DNA from: a virus
Lineage: Duplodnaviria > Caudoviricetes
Virus record (IMG/VR): IMGVR_UViG_2974703250_000001
Coordinates: 1-64,000 of that record
Length of the DNA: 64,000 nt
Reading direction: 5' to 3' (one strand)
Positions 10,159 through 19,028 of this stretch are shown here, in pieces. The notes under the pieces were generated by a model, which did not search any database, had not been told where the DNA came from, and saw nothing but the letters and a program-made list of their open reading frames with translations. The position numbers were made by a program, and so were the translations under genes. How positions within the stretch are numbered: the stretch's first letter is position 1; every line of letters begins with the position of its first letter.

Positions 10159-10696
10159 GTCTCAGCAACAGATTGCGTATGTCGCGGATGTGATCAAGCG
10201 CTATTGGAAGGCTCTTACCTGGGACTTTCAGCACATTTTGGGTGTGAACGTGCTTGATTACTTCTCGGCTCCGTGTCGTTGCGGGCAGTGCCGGGAGCGG
10301 CATGGGGACTTCGCCGCGCGGTATGCGACCCATCGCACGTGGGACCAGTTCGTCATCTTCTATGAGGCGCTACTGAGCTGGCGGGGGTCGTATACGCAAG
10401 CCTTGTTCCTTAACGATCCTGAGGTTATAGACGCTCAGGCGAAAGCCTCTGACGCTGACTGGAAGCCACAAAAGCCCGGTCTGTGGCAGTGGACTAAGGA
10501 AATGGACGCGATGTATTTCATTGCGGACCAGGTTCAGGCTAGTCGTATCCGCAATCCGGATGACTTCAAGCCTTTTCCGAGGCCGGTTGTCCCCGCTGAG
10601 GCAGAGCGTAAGAAGCGTAAGGAACGAAAGGTCAACTCGGGGATTGAGGAAGCTTTGGCGCGTGGCGCTGAGGCTGCCAAGTGGAATTACCTATAA
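10142..10696 (+). CDS. Tail assembly chaperone frameshift extension (gpT-like)
   Basis: Open reading frame overlapping the end of gpG in the +1 frame; no clear RBS or start of its own. Confidence 0.72.
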   Translation, partial: TFFGSKSQQQIAYVADVIKRYWKALTWDFQHILGVNVLDYFSAPCRCGQCRERHGDFAARYATHRTWDQFVIFYEALLSWRGSYTQALFLNDPEVIDAQAKASDADWKPQKPGLWQWTKEMDAMYFIADQVQASRIRNPDDFKPFPRPVVPAEAERKKRKERKVNSGIEEALARGAEAAKWNYL

Positions 10697-10724
10697 CTGA
10701 ATAACAACTTAATAAGGGGGCACT

Positions 10725-13700
10725 GTGGCTGAATTTGTTGCCGCCCAGGCGTCGGTGCTTATCGTGCCGACGCTTGGGAAGGGTGCCAATAGCTTTCATC
10801 AGAAGCTAAAGGAACAACTACAGACTGTCCGTGAATCGGTCGACGTAAAGATCAAGGCCGATACGGCGGCGATGGTTGCCGAGGTTCAGGCCACCAAGGA
10901 AATGCTTGAGCGCGACCCAATCAATATCCGGGTCGAGACGGACAACAACGGAATCAAGGAACTCGTTAAGAACGTCACCGAGGTTCGGCATAAGTACGAG
11001 GACTTGAAGGGTGACTTTCGTCGGGGCCTGACGCTGAACCTTAAGGTCGTTGGGCTTAGCGCGCTAACGCAGCTCGGGCCTATGTTGGCTTCACTTAACA
11101 CGTCGATTGTGCAGTTGTCGCAGTCGTCGCTATTGCTGCCCGGCATCATGTCGGGCGTCGCGTCGTCTGTGGGCGCGGCGGTGGTGGGTTCTCGCGGCCT
11201 TACGGATGCGTTTAAGGCCCAGTCAGACGCGTCAAAGAACGTTGCAGAGGCTGGTAAGCAGCAGCGTGACGCAAACCGGGCTATCCGGGATTCAACGCGC
11301 GATCTGAATAACGCGATCCGTGACACCAAGCGGAACATTGAAGATTTGAACGCCCAGCTCCGGGACGCGCCGCTGGACGAAGCGGAAGCCATGCTCAATC
11401 TGCAAGAGGCTCAGTATGAGGCTTCGCAGAAGTGGGGCAAGACGGCTTTCCAGCAGCAGCGTGACGCGCTAGGGCTGGCTAAGGCTGAATCGCAGCTTGC
11501 AGAGACTCGACGACGGAACGTCCGGCTCGGCCAGGACGTAGCCGAGGCGAACGCCAAGGGTGTCAACGGCAGTGACGCGGTTGTTGCTGCGCAGGAGCGG
11601 CTAACTAAGGCGCTTGAGGACTTGGCGATGCAGACGGGTCCGATTCGGGCTCTGAACGACGCTATGGCGAAGCTGTCGCCGAATGCGCGCGACTTTGTTG
11701 ATCGGGTGAGTTCCCTCAAGGGTGTTTGGGACGGACTGCGGTCGACGGTGCAGGACCGTCTATTCGACGGTCTAGGCGCTTCTGTGCAGACTTTGGCAGG
11801 GCAGGACTTGCCGATCCTCGAACGTGGCTTGACGGGCATTGCAGGGGCCATTAACGGCAACCTCAAGACGGCGATGAGTCAGCTAGCGACTGACGAGAAC
11901 AAGGGATTCCTTGGGCGCATCTTCGGTAACACAGAAGAGGCTCAGAACCGGTTCTCTACTGCGCTCAAGCCGCTACTGGATTCGTTCATTCAGCTTAGCG
12001 CTGCCGGGTCGGACTATCTGCCGCGACTATCTAACGCTTTCGGCGATGTGCTTAACCGGTTCGACGGGTTCATTGAGCGCGCGGACGCGGACGGCTCACT
12101 GGACAAGTGGATCAACAATGGACTCGACTCGCTGACGCAGCTTGGTAACTCGCTGATCAACGTCGGGTCGATTATGAACACGATTTCCGAGGCTTTCACT
12201 GGTACGGGCGGTAAGGGTCTGCTGGAACTGTTGGAGACGGGTACTAAGCGTCTCGCAGATTTCCTCAAGGGTGCCGAGGGTCAGCAGAAGCTTAAGCAGT
12301 TCTTTTTGGATGCGCGTACGGAGCTTAATAACTGGAAGCCTCTGCTTTCACAGCTTCCGGGGCTGATTAAGAACGTGGCGACGGCGGGTCAGCAGTGGGC
12401 GAACATGGTTATGCCGTTCCTCACGACTGCGGCCAGCCTACTTAAGGAACACCCCGGTCTGGTTATGGCGATCTTCTCCGCGTACATGACGTGGCGAACG
12501 ATTAGCCCGATTATCGGGACGATCAACCTTCTGTTGAGCTCTGAGTCGGGCATGGTCGGTGCGGCTAAGAAGGCCGGGCGGGCTGTCGGTAAGGGCGAGG
12601 GCCTAACGGGCAAGCTAGGTGTCCTAGCAAGCATGGTCGGTTCCGGCGGTGTCGTGATGACTGGCCTATCGCTGGTGGCCGGGTTCCTGTTGAACGAGTG
12701 GGTCACGGCGCAGAATGAAGCGGCTGAGGCCGTGTCGTATCACGCGTCCATGATCAGCCGCCTTAAGGGCGAGATGGACGGGCTCACGGGCTCACTGACG
12801 ACGCAGGGCTTGCAGAACAAGCTTGACGCTGCTCGGCAGTGGCAGGACATTCACCAGACGGACGGCAAGCCTAAGGACTTGGTTGCTGCCGCCAACTCGT
12901 TTGGTGTGGACCTGCCTACGTTCATGGGGGCTTTGACTCCGACGAACCAGGCCGCGCGTAACGCGGTGACCGGCAAGGCTCGTCAGACGGTGTTGGACGA
13001 CCTGAATAAGCAGGGCTTGGAGACGGTTCTAGGCAAGGACGCCTTGAACGCGTTGAACCTGTACAACCAGAATGCCGCGCCGGATAAGAAGATCACCAAT
13101 GATGTTCTGGCGGATATCGCTACCGGTGTTAACCCTGAGTCTAAGAAGCTGTTTGAGGACGCTAAGAAGTCGAACCTAATTCACTTCAATGAGTCTGATC
13201 TGTTGTACGGCTATAACAAGCCGTGGGGCTTCATTCCGGGTACCGATCCTTCCGGTAAGGGTCTGTCTCCGGTGGCGCGTGATGCCGCGAATGTTAGTGG
13301 GTTCGTCCTAAACGACACGGGTAACGCGTTGCAGGTCGGTTCGGATATCCGGTCGACGAATGAGGCGCTTTACGGGAAGGCCACGCTTACTCCGGCTGGT
13401 CAGCAGATGTTCGGTCCGTTCGGGTCGCCTCAGGCGTCCTTTGAGAATGGGTCGCACGACGCGGCGGTTCGGGTGGACACGACGCTACAGAACTTGCCTC
13501 CGCAGTTCGTTAAGGACGTTGAGTCCAACGGTGGGCATTTCGAGGAATTGCCTGACGGCGTGATTATCCACATGCGCAAGGACCGCGCGTCTCAGTATGT
13601 GACGCCGGGTGCGTATGCGGGTGGCGGTCTGCTCAGCGGGCCGGGCACGGGTCGTAGCGATTCGATGTTGGCGCGGGTGTCGAACGGTGAGTTCATCATT

Positions 13701-15818
13701 CGGGCTGATTCGGTGGCTAAGTACGGTCGTGACTTCTTCTCGTTGCTGAACGAAGGTCAGCTACCGAGGTTCGATGGTGGCGGTTTGGTGGACTTGATTC
13801 TGCCGCCGGGTGGTTCGAGTGTGCCGCCTCCTGCGCCTTCGCAGAGCCTTAACCCTGTTGACCTTGCACGTGGTTTTCCGCGTTTCCCTGCCCAGAGTTC
13901 AGCTCCGGCCAATCGTTTCGATTCCCCGACGCCTCTGGACATGCTGCCTAAGCCGGTTATTCCGATGCCGGACCTTGCTAATCCGGGTCTCTACGATCCG
14001 GCGTCAGGCAAGTACGGTGCTGCGCCAGCGTCAGCGGTTCAGCAGCCGCTTAGGCCTGGTGTTGATGGAGACAAGGGTGAGGCGAGCGGGCCTAATGTGC
14101 CGCCGACCGATCCTCGTAGCCCTGGCTACAAGCAGCCAAATCACGGTTTGGGTGGGTCTCCTGGTCCAGGTAATGGCACTCCGCATCTGACGGGTCCGGG
14201 TGGGACTCCGGTCAGCCCTGGGGTTGCTTCGGCGCTGCCATCTAACGGTGGTATTCCGGGGTTGACGCCTAGCGCTACTGATCCTTTGGGCCTAAGCGGT
14301 TTGCCTAAGGAAATTCAGCCGGTGACCATCTTGGAGCAGATCGGGGAGATTCTGCTTAGTGCGGTGCTCGGGTTCTTCGGGCTTGATCCGACGTATTTCA
14401 ATATCGGTAAGCGCATCTTTACTGGCCTTAAGGGTGATAAGCCTAATGAGGCTAATCCGGGTGTGCAGTCGATTTTGGATGGATACAAGAATCCGCTGGC
14501 TGATGGGCAGAACCCCTATGTCGGTACGTCGATCTATGACACGCAGTTTGATCCGGCTTCGCAGCGGGCGTCGAACATGGCTGAGCTTATGCGCGGCAAG
14601 CCGTACACGTGGGGCGGTTCGACGCTAGACGGGACTGACTGTTCCGGCCTGGTGATGTACGTCGTCGATGCTTACGAGGGTAAGGAGTTCTCTGGCCGTA
14701 CCGGCGGAACTGGCGGCTTCGCGTCGTCGCTTCCAGCCAAGGGCGGTGTGATCATTTCTGATCCGTCACAAGCGCCTCCGGGCACGTTGCGGGTGGGTTG
14801 GAATGCTTCACATACGGCAGGAACGCTGCCAGATGGCCGTAACTTTGAGTCAAGCACGTTTGGTAAGCCGATTGCGGTCGGCGGCGGCGCGTCGGGTTAC
14901 AACGATCCACAGTTCACGAACTGGGCCTACTTCCCAGCTCCGGGGTACGCCAATGGCGGGTTCCTGAGCGGGGCCGGTACGGGCCGGTCGGATTCGATGC
15001 TGGCTCGGGTCAGTAACGGTGAGTTCATCACGCGGGCGTCGAGTGTCGCTAAGTACGGGCGCTCGCTGTTCGATGCGTTGAACGCCGGGACGATTGATCC
15101 GGGCATGTTGCCGGGGTTCGCGGACGGTACGCCTCCGATTCCGGGGCTGCCGGTGCCGGTTCCTCAGACGCCGCAGCAGGCCGGGCCGCTGCCTGATCCG
15201 AACGGACAGGACGCGCAGGCCGCGCAGCAGGTCACGGACACGGCAGCCAATGCGCTTGATGGCGTAGCTGGCGCGCTGAACGGCGTGAACATGGGCTCTA
15301 GTGGGGCCATTCCTGGCGCTGACGCTCCGGATGGTGCGCAGCAGGGTAAAGACCCACGGTCGATCCTTGGTGCGGCTCCGACGAATACCGACCACAACAA
15401 CCCTGCTTTGTCTAAGGGCATTCAGGGCGCGTTTAGCACGGTTGGCTCTCTGGCGTCTATGGCGGCTTCGGCGGCGATGACGGCGGGGACGATGGGTGCT
15501 GGCGCGGCGGCTGGCCCGGCTGGCGGTGCTGCGGGTGCAGGCATTCAGGCTGGCGCGCAGATCGCGGGGCAGGTGGCAACGGGTGCGTTGAACATTCTGT
15601 CCAGCTTGCTTGTGGGTTCAGCTCCGGGTTCAACGGGGACGACGCAGAGCGCTTACGGCGCTCCGGTGTTGCCTCAGGGGCCTCCGCAGTCAAGCGGTGG
15701 TGGACCGGCTGTGGTTAACAACTACGGCGATATCCACACGGCTAACTACGACGAGTTCTACAAGGGACAGCAGCGTAGGGAAGCGCAGCAGCAGGCACCA
15801 ATCCTGCCGCAGCGATAG
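10725..15818 (+). CDS. Tape measure protein with C-terminal NlpC/P60-like domain
   Basis: 1697 aa, Ala/Gly-rich and helical; GKPYTWGG..DCSGLV..HTAG near 14590-14940. Confidence 0.95.
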   Translation: MAEFVAAQASVLIVPTLGKGANSFHQKLKEQLQTVRESVDVKIKADTAAMVAEVQATKEMLERDPINIRVETDNNGIKELVKNVTEVRHKYEDLKGDFRRGLTLNLKVVGLSALTQLGPMLASLNTSIVQLSQSSLLLPGIMSGVASSVGAAVVGSRGLTDAFKAQSDASKNVAEAGKQQRDANRAIRDSTRDLNNAIRDTKRNIEDLNAQLRDAPLDEAEAMLNLQEAQYEASQKWGKTAFQQQRDALGLAKAESQLAETRRRNVRLGQDVAEANAKGVNGSDAVVAAQERLTKALEDLAMQTGPIRALNDAMAKLSPNARDFVDRVSSLKGVWDGLRSTVQDRLFDGLGASVQTLAGQDLPILERGLTGIAGAINGNLKTAMSQLATDENKGFLGRIFGNTEEAQNRFSTALKPLLDSFIQLSAAGSDYLPRLSNAFGDVLNRFDGFIERADADGSLDKWINNGLDSLTQLGNSLINVGSIMNTISEAFTGTGGKGLLELLETGTKRLADFLKGAEGQQKLKQFFLDARTELNNWKPLLSQLPGLIKNVATAGQQWANMVMPFLTTAASLLKEHPGLVMAIFSAYMTWRTISPIIGTINLLLSSESGMVGAAKKAGRAVGKGEGLTGKLGVLASMVGSGGVVMTGLSLVAGFLLNEWVTAQNEAAEAVSYHASMISRLKGEMDGLTGSLTTQGLQNKLDAARQWQDIHQTDGKPKDLVAAANSFGVDLPTFMGALTPTNQAARNAVTGKARQTVLDDLNKQGLETVLGKDALNALNLYNQNAAPDKKITNDVLADIATGVNPESKKLFEDAKKSNLIHFNESDLLYGYNKPWGFIPGTDPSGKGLSPVARDAANVSGFVLNDTGNALQVGSDIRSTNEALYGKATLTPAGQQMFGPFGSPQASFENGSHDAAVRVDTTLQNLPPQFVKDVESNGGHFEELPDGVIIHMRKDRASQYVTPGAYAGGGLLSGPGTGRSDSMLARVSNGEFIIRADSVAKYGRDFFSLLNEGQLPRFDGGGLVDLILPPGGSSVPPPAPSQSLNPVDLARGFPRFPAQSSAPANRFDSPTPLDMLPKPVIPMPDLANPGLYDPASGKYGAAPASAVQQPLRPGVDGDKGEASGPNVPPTDPRSPGYKQPNHGLGGSPGPGNGTPHLTGPGGTPVSPGVASALPSNGGIPGLTPSATDPLGLSGLPKEIQPVTILEQIGEILLSAVLGFFGLDPTYFNIGKRIFTGLKGDKPNEANPGVQSILDGYKNPLADGQNPYVGTSIYDTQFDPASQRASNMAELMRGKPYTWGGSTLDGTDCSGLVMYVVDAYEGKEFSGRTGGTGGFASSLPAKGGVIISDPSQAPPGTLRVGWNASHTAGTLPDGRNFESSTFGKPIAVGGGASGYNDPQFTNWAYFPAPGYANGGFLSGAGTGRSDSMLARVSNGEFITRASSVAKYGRSLFDALNAGTIDPGMLPGFADGTPPIPGLPVPVPQTPQQAGPLPDPNGQDAQAAQQVTDTAANALDGVAGALNGVNMGSSGAIPGADAPDGAQQGKDPRSILGAAPTNTDHNNPALSKGIQGAFSTVGSLASMAASAAMTAGTMGAGAAAGPAGGAAGAGIQAGAQIAGQVATGALNILSSLLVGSAPGSTGTTQSAYGAPVLPQGPPQSSGGGPAVVNNYGDIHTANYDEFYKGQQRREAQQQAPILPQR

Positions 15819-15908
15819 CTAAATACGGATAACGAGGTAAGGCCCGTGCGGGGGTGGTGTTAATCCACCTACCGGCGGGCCTTATCCCGTTGGAAAGACA
15901 ACTGAATA

Positions 15909-16796
15909 GTGACCGATTTTCTCAAGATCGAATTGATTGGTCGGGACGGTTCACACTGGGTGTTGTCCGGACCGGGCATGGGTCAGCAGGGCGTAACCCT
16001 GAATCCCAATTTGCAGCAGTTCTACGACGCACCGGTTAAGACGCTTTACGTTCCGGGGCCGTTTGGCGAGGAATACGCGGGTAAGCGCGTTCAGCGCCGC
16101 GAGATTGTGTTCTCAGTTCAGGCGTATGACGAAGACCCGGACACATGGAGCACCGTCGATTCCCTTTGGCGTTGGGCCTGGGATTACGACGAGGAGTCAG
16201 AGCTAAGGGTTACCACGAGTGACGGCACCCGCTTTCTAAAGGTGCGCCTCATGGAGGAACCCAAGCCGTATTACGAGAAAGACCCGCATATCACTGCGGA
16301 TAACCCAATCGTGATGACGGTTACGGCGACGTTCCCGTATTGGCAGGACGAGCCGGAAGAACTTATTTGGACGACGCTTAGCACCGAGGACATGACGCGC
16401 TTTCCAGTGCGGAATGACGGCGATGTTCCGGTGTGGCTTAAGTGGACGCTCACCGCGCCGGGTCTGTGGATTCTGCCGGACTTCTCGTGGGCGAACGACA
16501 TGTACTCGCGCGGGCGTGAGGACTTGGGCCGGACTGTTGCGCTCCCGGAGCTGGTCTCTGGTGAACACGTCTCGGTCGATTCAGACCCGCGCGTTCAGAC
16601 GCTTATCGCGGTCAACGGGATGCCGACGCAGAACCGGTGGAAGGGCAATGACCTGCTCTATCCGCTGATGCCGGGTAAGGGCGCGGAAATCCCTGTGCAG
16701 CTTAAGAAAGCGCCGGAGGGCGGGGCTTGCAAGTTGACGCGTCCGCGCTGGTATTCGCGTCCGTGGTCTCGGCCAGGGGTGCGTCTCAATGGCTAA
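15909..16796 (+). CDS. Minor tail protein (distal tail, Dit-like)
   Basis: First gene after tape measure; IELIGRDGSHWVLSG and NDGDVPVWLKW motifs. Confidence 0.8.
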   Translation: MTDFLKIELIGRDGSHWVLSGPGMGQQGVTLNPNLQQFYDAPVKTLYVPGPFGEEYAGKRVQRREIVFSVQAYDEDPDTWSTVDSLWRWAWDYDEESELRVTTSDGTRFLKVRLMEEPKPYYEKDPHITADNPIVMTVTATFPYWQDEPEELIWTTLSTEDMTRFPVRNDGDVPVWLKWTLTAPGLWILPDFSWANDMYSRGREDLGRTVALPELVSGEHVSVDSDPRVQTLIAVNGMPTQNRWKGNDLLYPLMPGKGAEIPVQLKKAPEGGACKLTRPRWYSRPWSRPGVRLNG

Positions 16797-18552
16797 CAAC
16801 TGGACCGACATTCTCGCGGCTTCGGATGGCGATGAGTGGGCGGCATTCAAGACGATTGAGGCGCAGGCTGACGAGGTTCGGGCGGGGCACCAGGCGCTAA
16901 GGCGCGCTAAGCCGCTAATCCGACTTTGGATGAACAACCCGGACGGCTCGGAAGGGCTGGTGTACGTCGGACGTGTTGATTACGACGATACGATTCGCGG
17001 CTCATTCCCGTTTAAGAACAACACTCCGTCTCAGGGCGTGTTGGAACTGCGGGATGACAACTATCTAGCGGTCTGGCTTAAGCAGCTACCTAACAACCCT
17101 GAGCTTAAAAAGAACGTCGTTATCACGGTCGACTTCTACGGCGGTAAGAAGCGGTGGAGTGGACTTCTCGATAAGTGGACGATTAAGTCAAAGGAGCACG
17201 TTAAGTACCTAGAGGTCACTTTTAACGATGACCTCACTATGTTGCAGTATCTTTTGTGCCCGCCGAATCCGGCATTGCCAATTCCGGTCCTACAATTTCC
17301 ACGCATTTTCGGAATTGCTGGACCTGCAAAATGGGCCATTTCTACCCTAATTTTTATCAACCTATTTCGAGTTCAGGGTAACTTGTGGACTCTGCCGGAT
17401 GACCCATTCAACTTGGAGTCTTGGGACGACATTCTGGATTGGTCGGATTGGCAGTGTTTCGTTAAGTCTGATTCGTTCCTGCTGGACGATTCTTCTGTTT
17501 GGACGTTCCTGTCCTCGCGGATGAATCCGGTGGACTCGATTATCGCTGACGCGTTGGATGATGCGCAGTTGACGATCACTTACCGGCGTGTGCTGACTGA
17601 TGACGGTGAGACCGCAGAGGGATTCCCTGGCGCTCATGGCATTAAGAATGGCGCGCTTGTCTTTGAGATTGTCGATAACAGCAACGCTACGGCTCTTGAG
17701 GGCACGTTCTTCTCGGGCACGATTGTTGACGGTTTCGCGCGGTCGGTGCTGCTTTACGGCGGCGGGTTCGTCGAGGACACGCTAAGCGTCGTTAGCGACG
17801 ACCAGACGTTGCAGCCTGACGAGTATTACCAGTCCGGGTGGCTGGCGACTATGGCGAAGATGCCGTGGCTCGTGGTCCGCGACAACGAATGGACGCCTAT
17901 TGAGTCGTCTGATCTGTCGTGGGGACCGGCTAAGAACGTCAGCGTCATTGTGGGTGGCGATAACCCGGCTGCCGATGCCATTGCGAAGCTCATCATTGAG
18001 ACGACCGGAAACCTGCTGGGGTATTTCCTGCTAGGTGGCTTTAGCTCTGCGGGCACGATTGCCGCAGACATCATTATGCCGTTCTTGGTCGGCACTATCG
18101 CGGCGTGGTTGCAGTGGAAGAACACGGGCCGGGCGACGGAGCTTGGTTGGGTTCATTACTGGGAGCTGTACCAGCAGGGCGCGGAAAGCAATAGCTGGTC
18201 GCTAGCTGCTTTGGCCGCTTTGCGTGGCGGGTTCCTGGTGGGACGCAGCGAGACGGTTCACCTAATGGCGCTGCATGACTCTTGGATTATTCCGGGTCTG
18301 CATATCGACATTGGTCAGCGTATGGGTTCGACGGTCAATTCTAAGGGCGTCGAGAACATCGTTTGGGTTAACCAGCTAGAGGAAATGACCGCTGCCTGGG
18401 ATAACACGGCGGGTCAGCCGATGCCTCTTTCTTGGGTGCTTAAGGCCGGTAAGTCGGAACGTGCCATGTCTATTGGTGAACGGGTCGCGCGCTTGGCAAA
18501 GAAGATGAGCGAGGCGCTGAACAACGTGGGTGTCCACATTGTTCAGAGTTAA
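16789..18552 (+). CDS. Minor tail protein (baseplate hub/Tal-like)
   Basis: 587 aa, second minor tail; RWSGLL..DDLTMLQYLLCPPNP pattern. Confidence 0.8.
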   Translation: MANNWTDILAASDGDEWAAFKTIEAQADEVRAGHQALRRAKPLIRLWMNNPDGSEGLVYVGRVDYDDTIRGSFPFKNNTPSQGVLELRDDNYLAVWLKQLPNNPELKKNVVITVDFYGGKKRWSGLLDKWTIKSKEHVKYLEVTFNDDLTMLQYLLCPPNPALPIPVLQFPRIFGIAGPAKWAISTLIFINLFRVQGNLWTLPDDPFNLESWDDILDWSDWQCFVKSDSFLLDDSSVWTFLSSRMNPVDSIIADALDDAQLTITYRRVLTDDGETAEGFPGAHGIKNGALVFEIVDNSNATALEGTFFSGTIVDGFARSVLLYGGGFVEDTLSVVSDDQTLQPDEYYQSGWLATMAKMPWLVVRDNEWTPIESSDLSWGPAKNVSVIVGGDNPAADAIAKLIIETTGNLLGYFLLGGFSSAGTIAADIIMPFLVGTIAAWLQWKNTGRATELGWVHYWELYQQGAESNSWSLAALAALRGGFLVGRSETVHLMALHDSWIIPGLHIDIGQRMGSTVNSKGVENIVWVNQLEEMTAAWDNTAGQPMPLSWVLKAGKSERAMSIGERVARLAKKMSEALNNVGVHIVQS

Positions 18553-18575
18553 GAAGTTTAGGGGGTTTAGCCGAA

Positions 18576-19028
18576 ATGGCTAAAACGCAAGCAGAGTCCA
18601 ATTTGGACGATCCAAAGGAAATGTTCGCGTGGATGTTCGCGGCGGGTGTTCCTGATCCTAGGAGCAATGAGAAGGTTCAGTATCCGAATCAGCCGCTAAT
18701 TCCGCCGCAGTGCTATCCGGCGCTTAGCGAGATGCTCTACAAGATGGGTGCTCGCTTTCACCCGGATAAGCAAGAGCTGTGGGTTCAGGGCGCTACGGGC
18801 ATTGAGCGCAACTTTGTTGTTGCGACGACGACGGACATTAAGCCGGAGGATATCGCGCCTGATGTGGCGGCGATGGTCGCTGATCAGTTCCCGGAGGTTG
18901 CCGCTCAGGTGGGGGCGGTTACTCCGGCCACTCACCAGGAGGCGCTACAGGCTCAGGCCGACAAGCTACTAGACAACCTTGCCCGCCTTAAGGCTGCGCG
19001 TGCGCAGATGGAGGGGGGTAAGAGCTAG
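18576..19028 (+). CDS. Minor tail-associated protein (DUF2744-like)
   Basis: LDDPKEMFAWMF..LYKMGARFHP motif and synteny. Confidence 0.6.
   Translation: MAKTQAESNLDDPKEMFAWMFAAGVPDPRSNEKVQYPNQPLIPPQCYPALSEMLYKMGARFHPDKQELWVQGATGIERNFVVATTTDIKPEDIAPDVAAMVADQFPEVAAQVGAVTPATHQEALQAQADKLLDNLARLKAARAQMEGGKS

Noticed and set aside
10141-10193. Canonical -1 frameshift for the tail chaperone
   Set aside because: The -1 frame stops at 10191-10193 and no GGGAAAA-type heptamer is present
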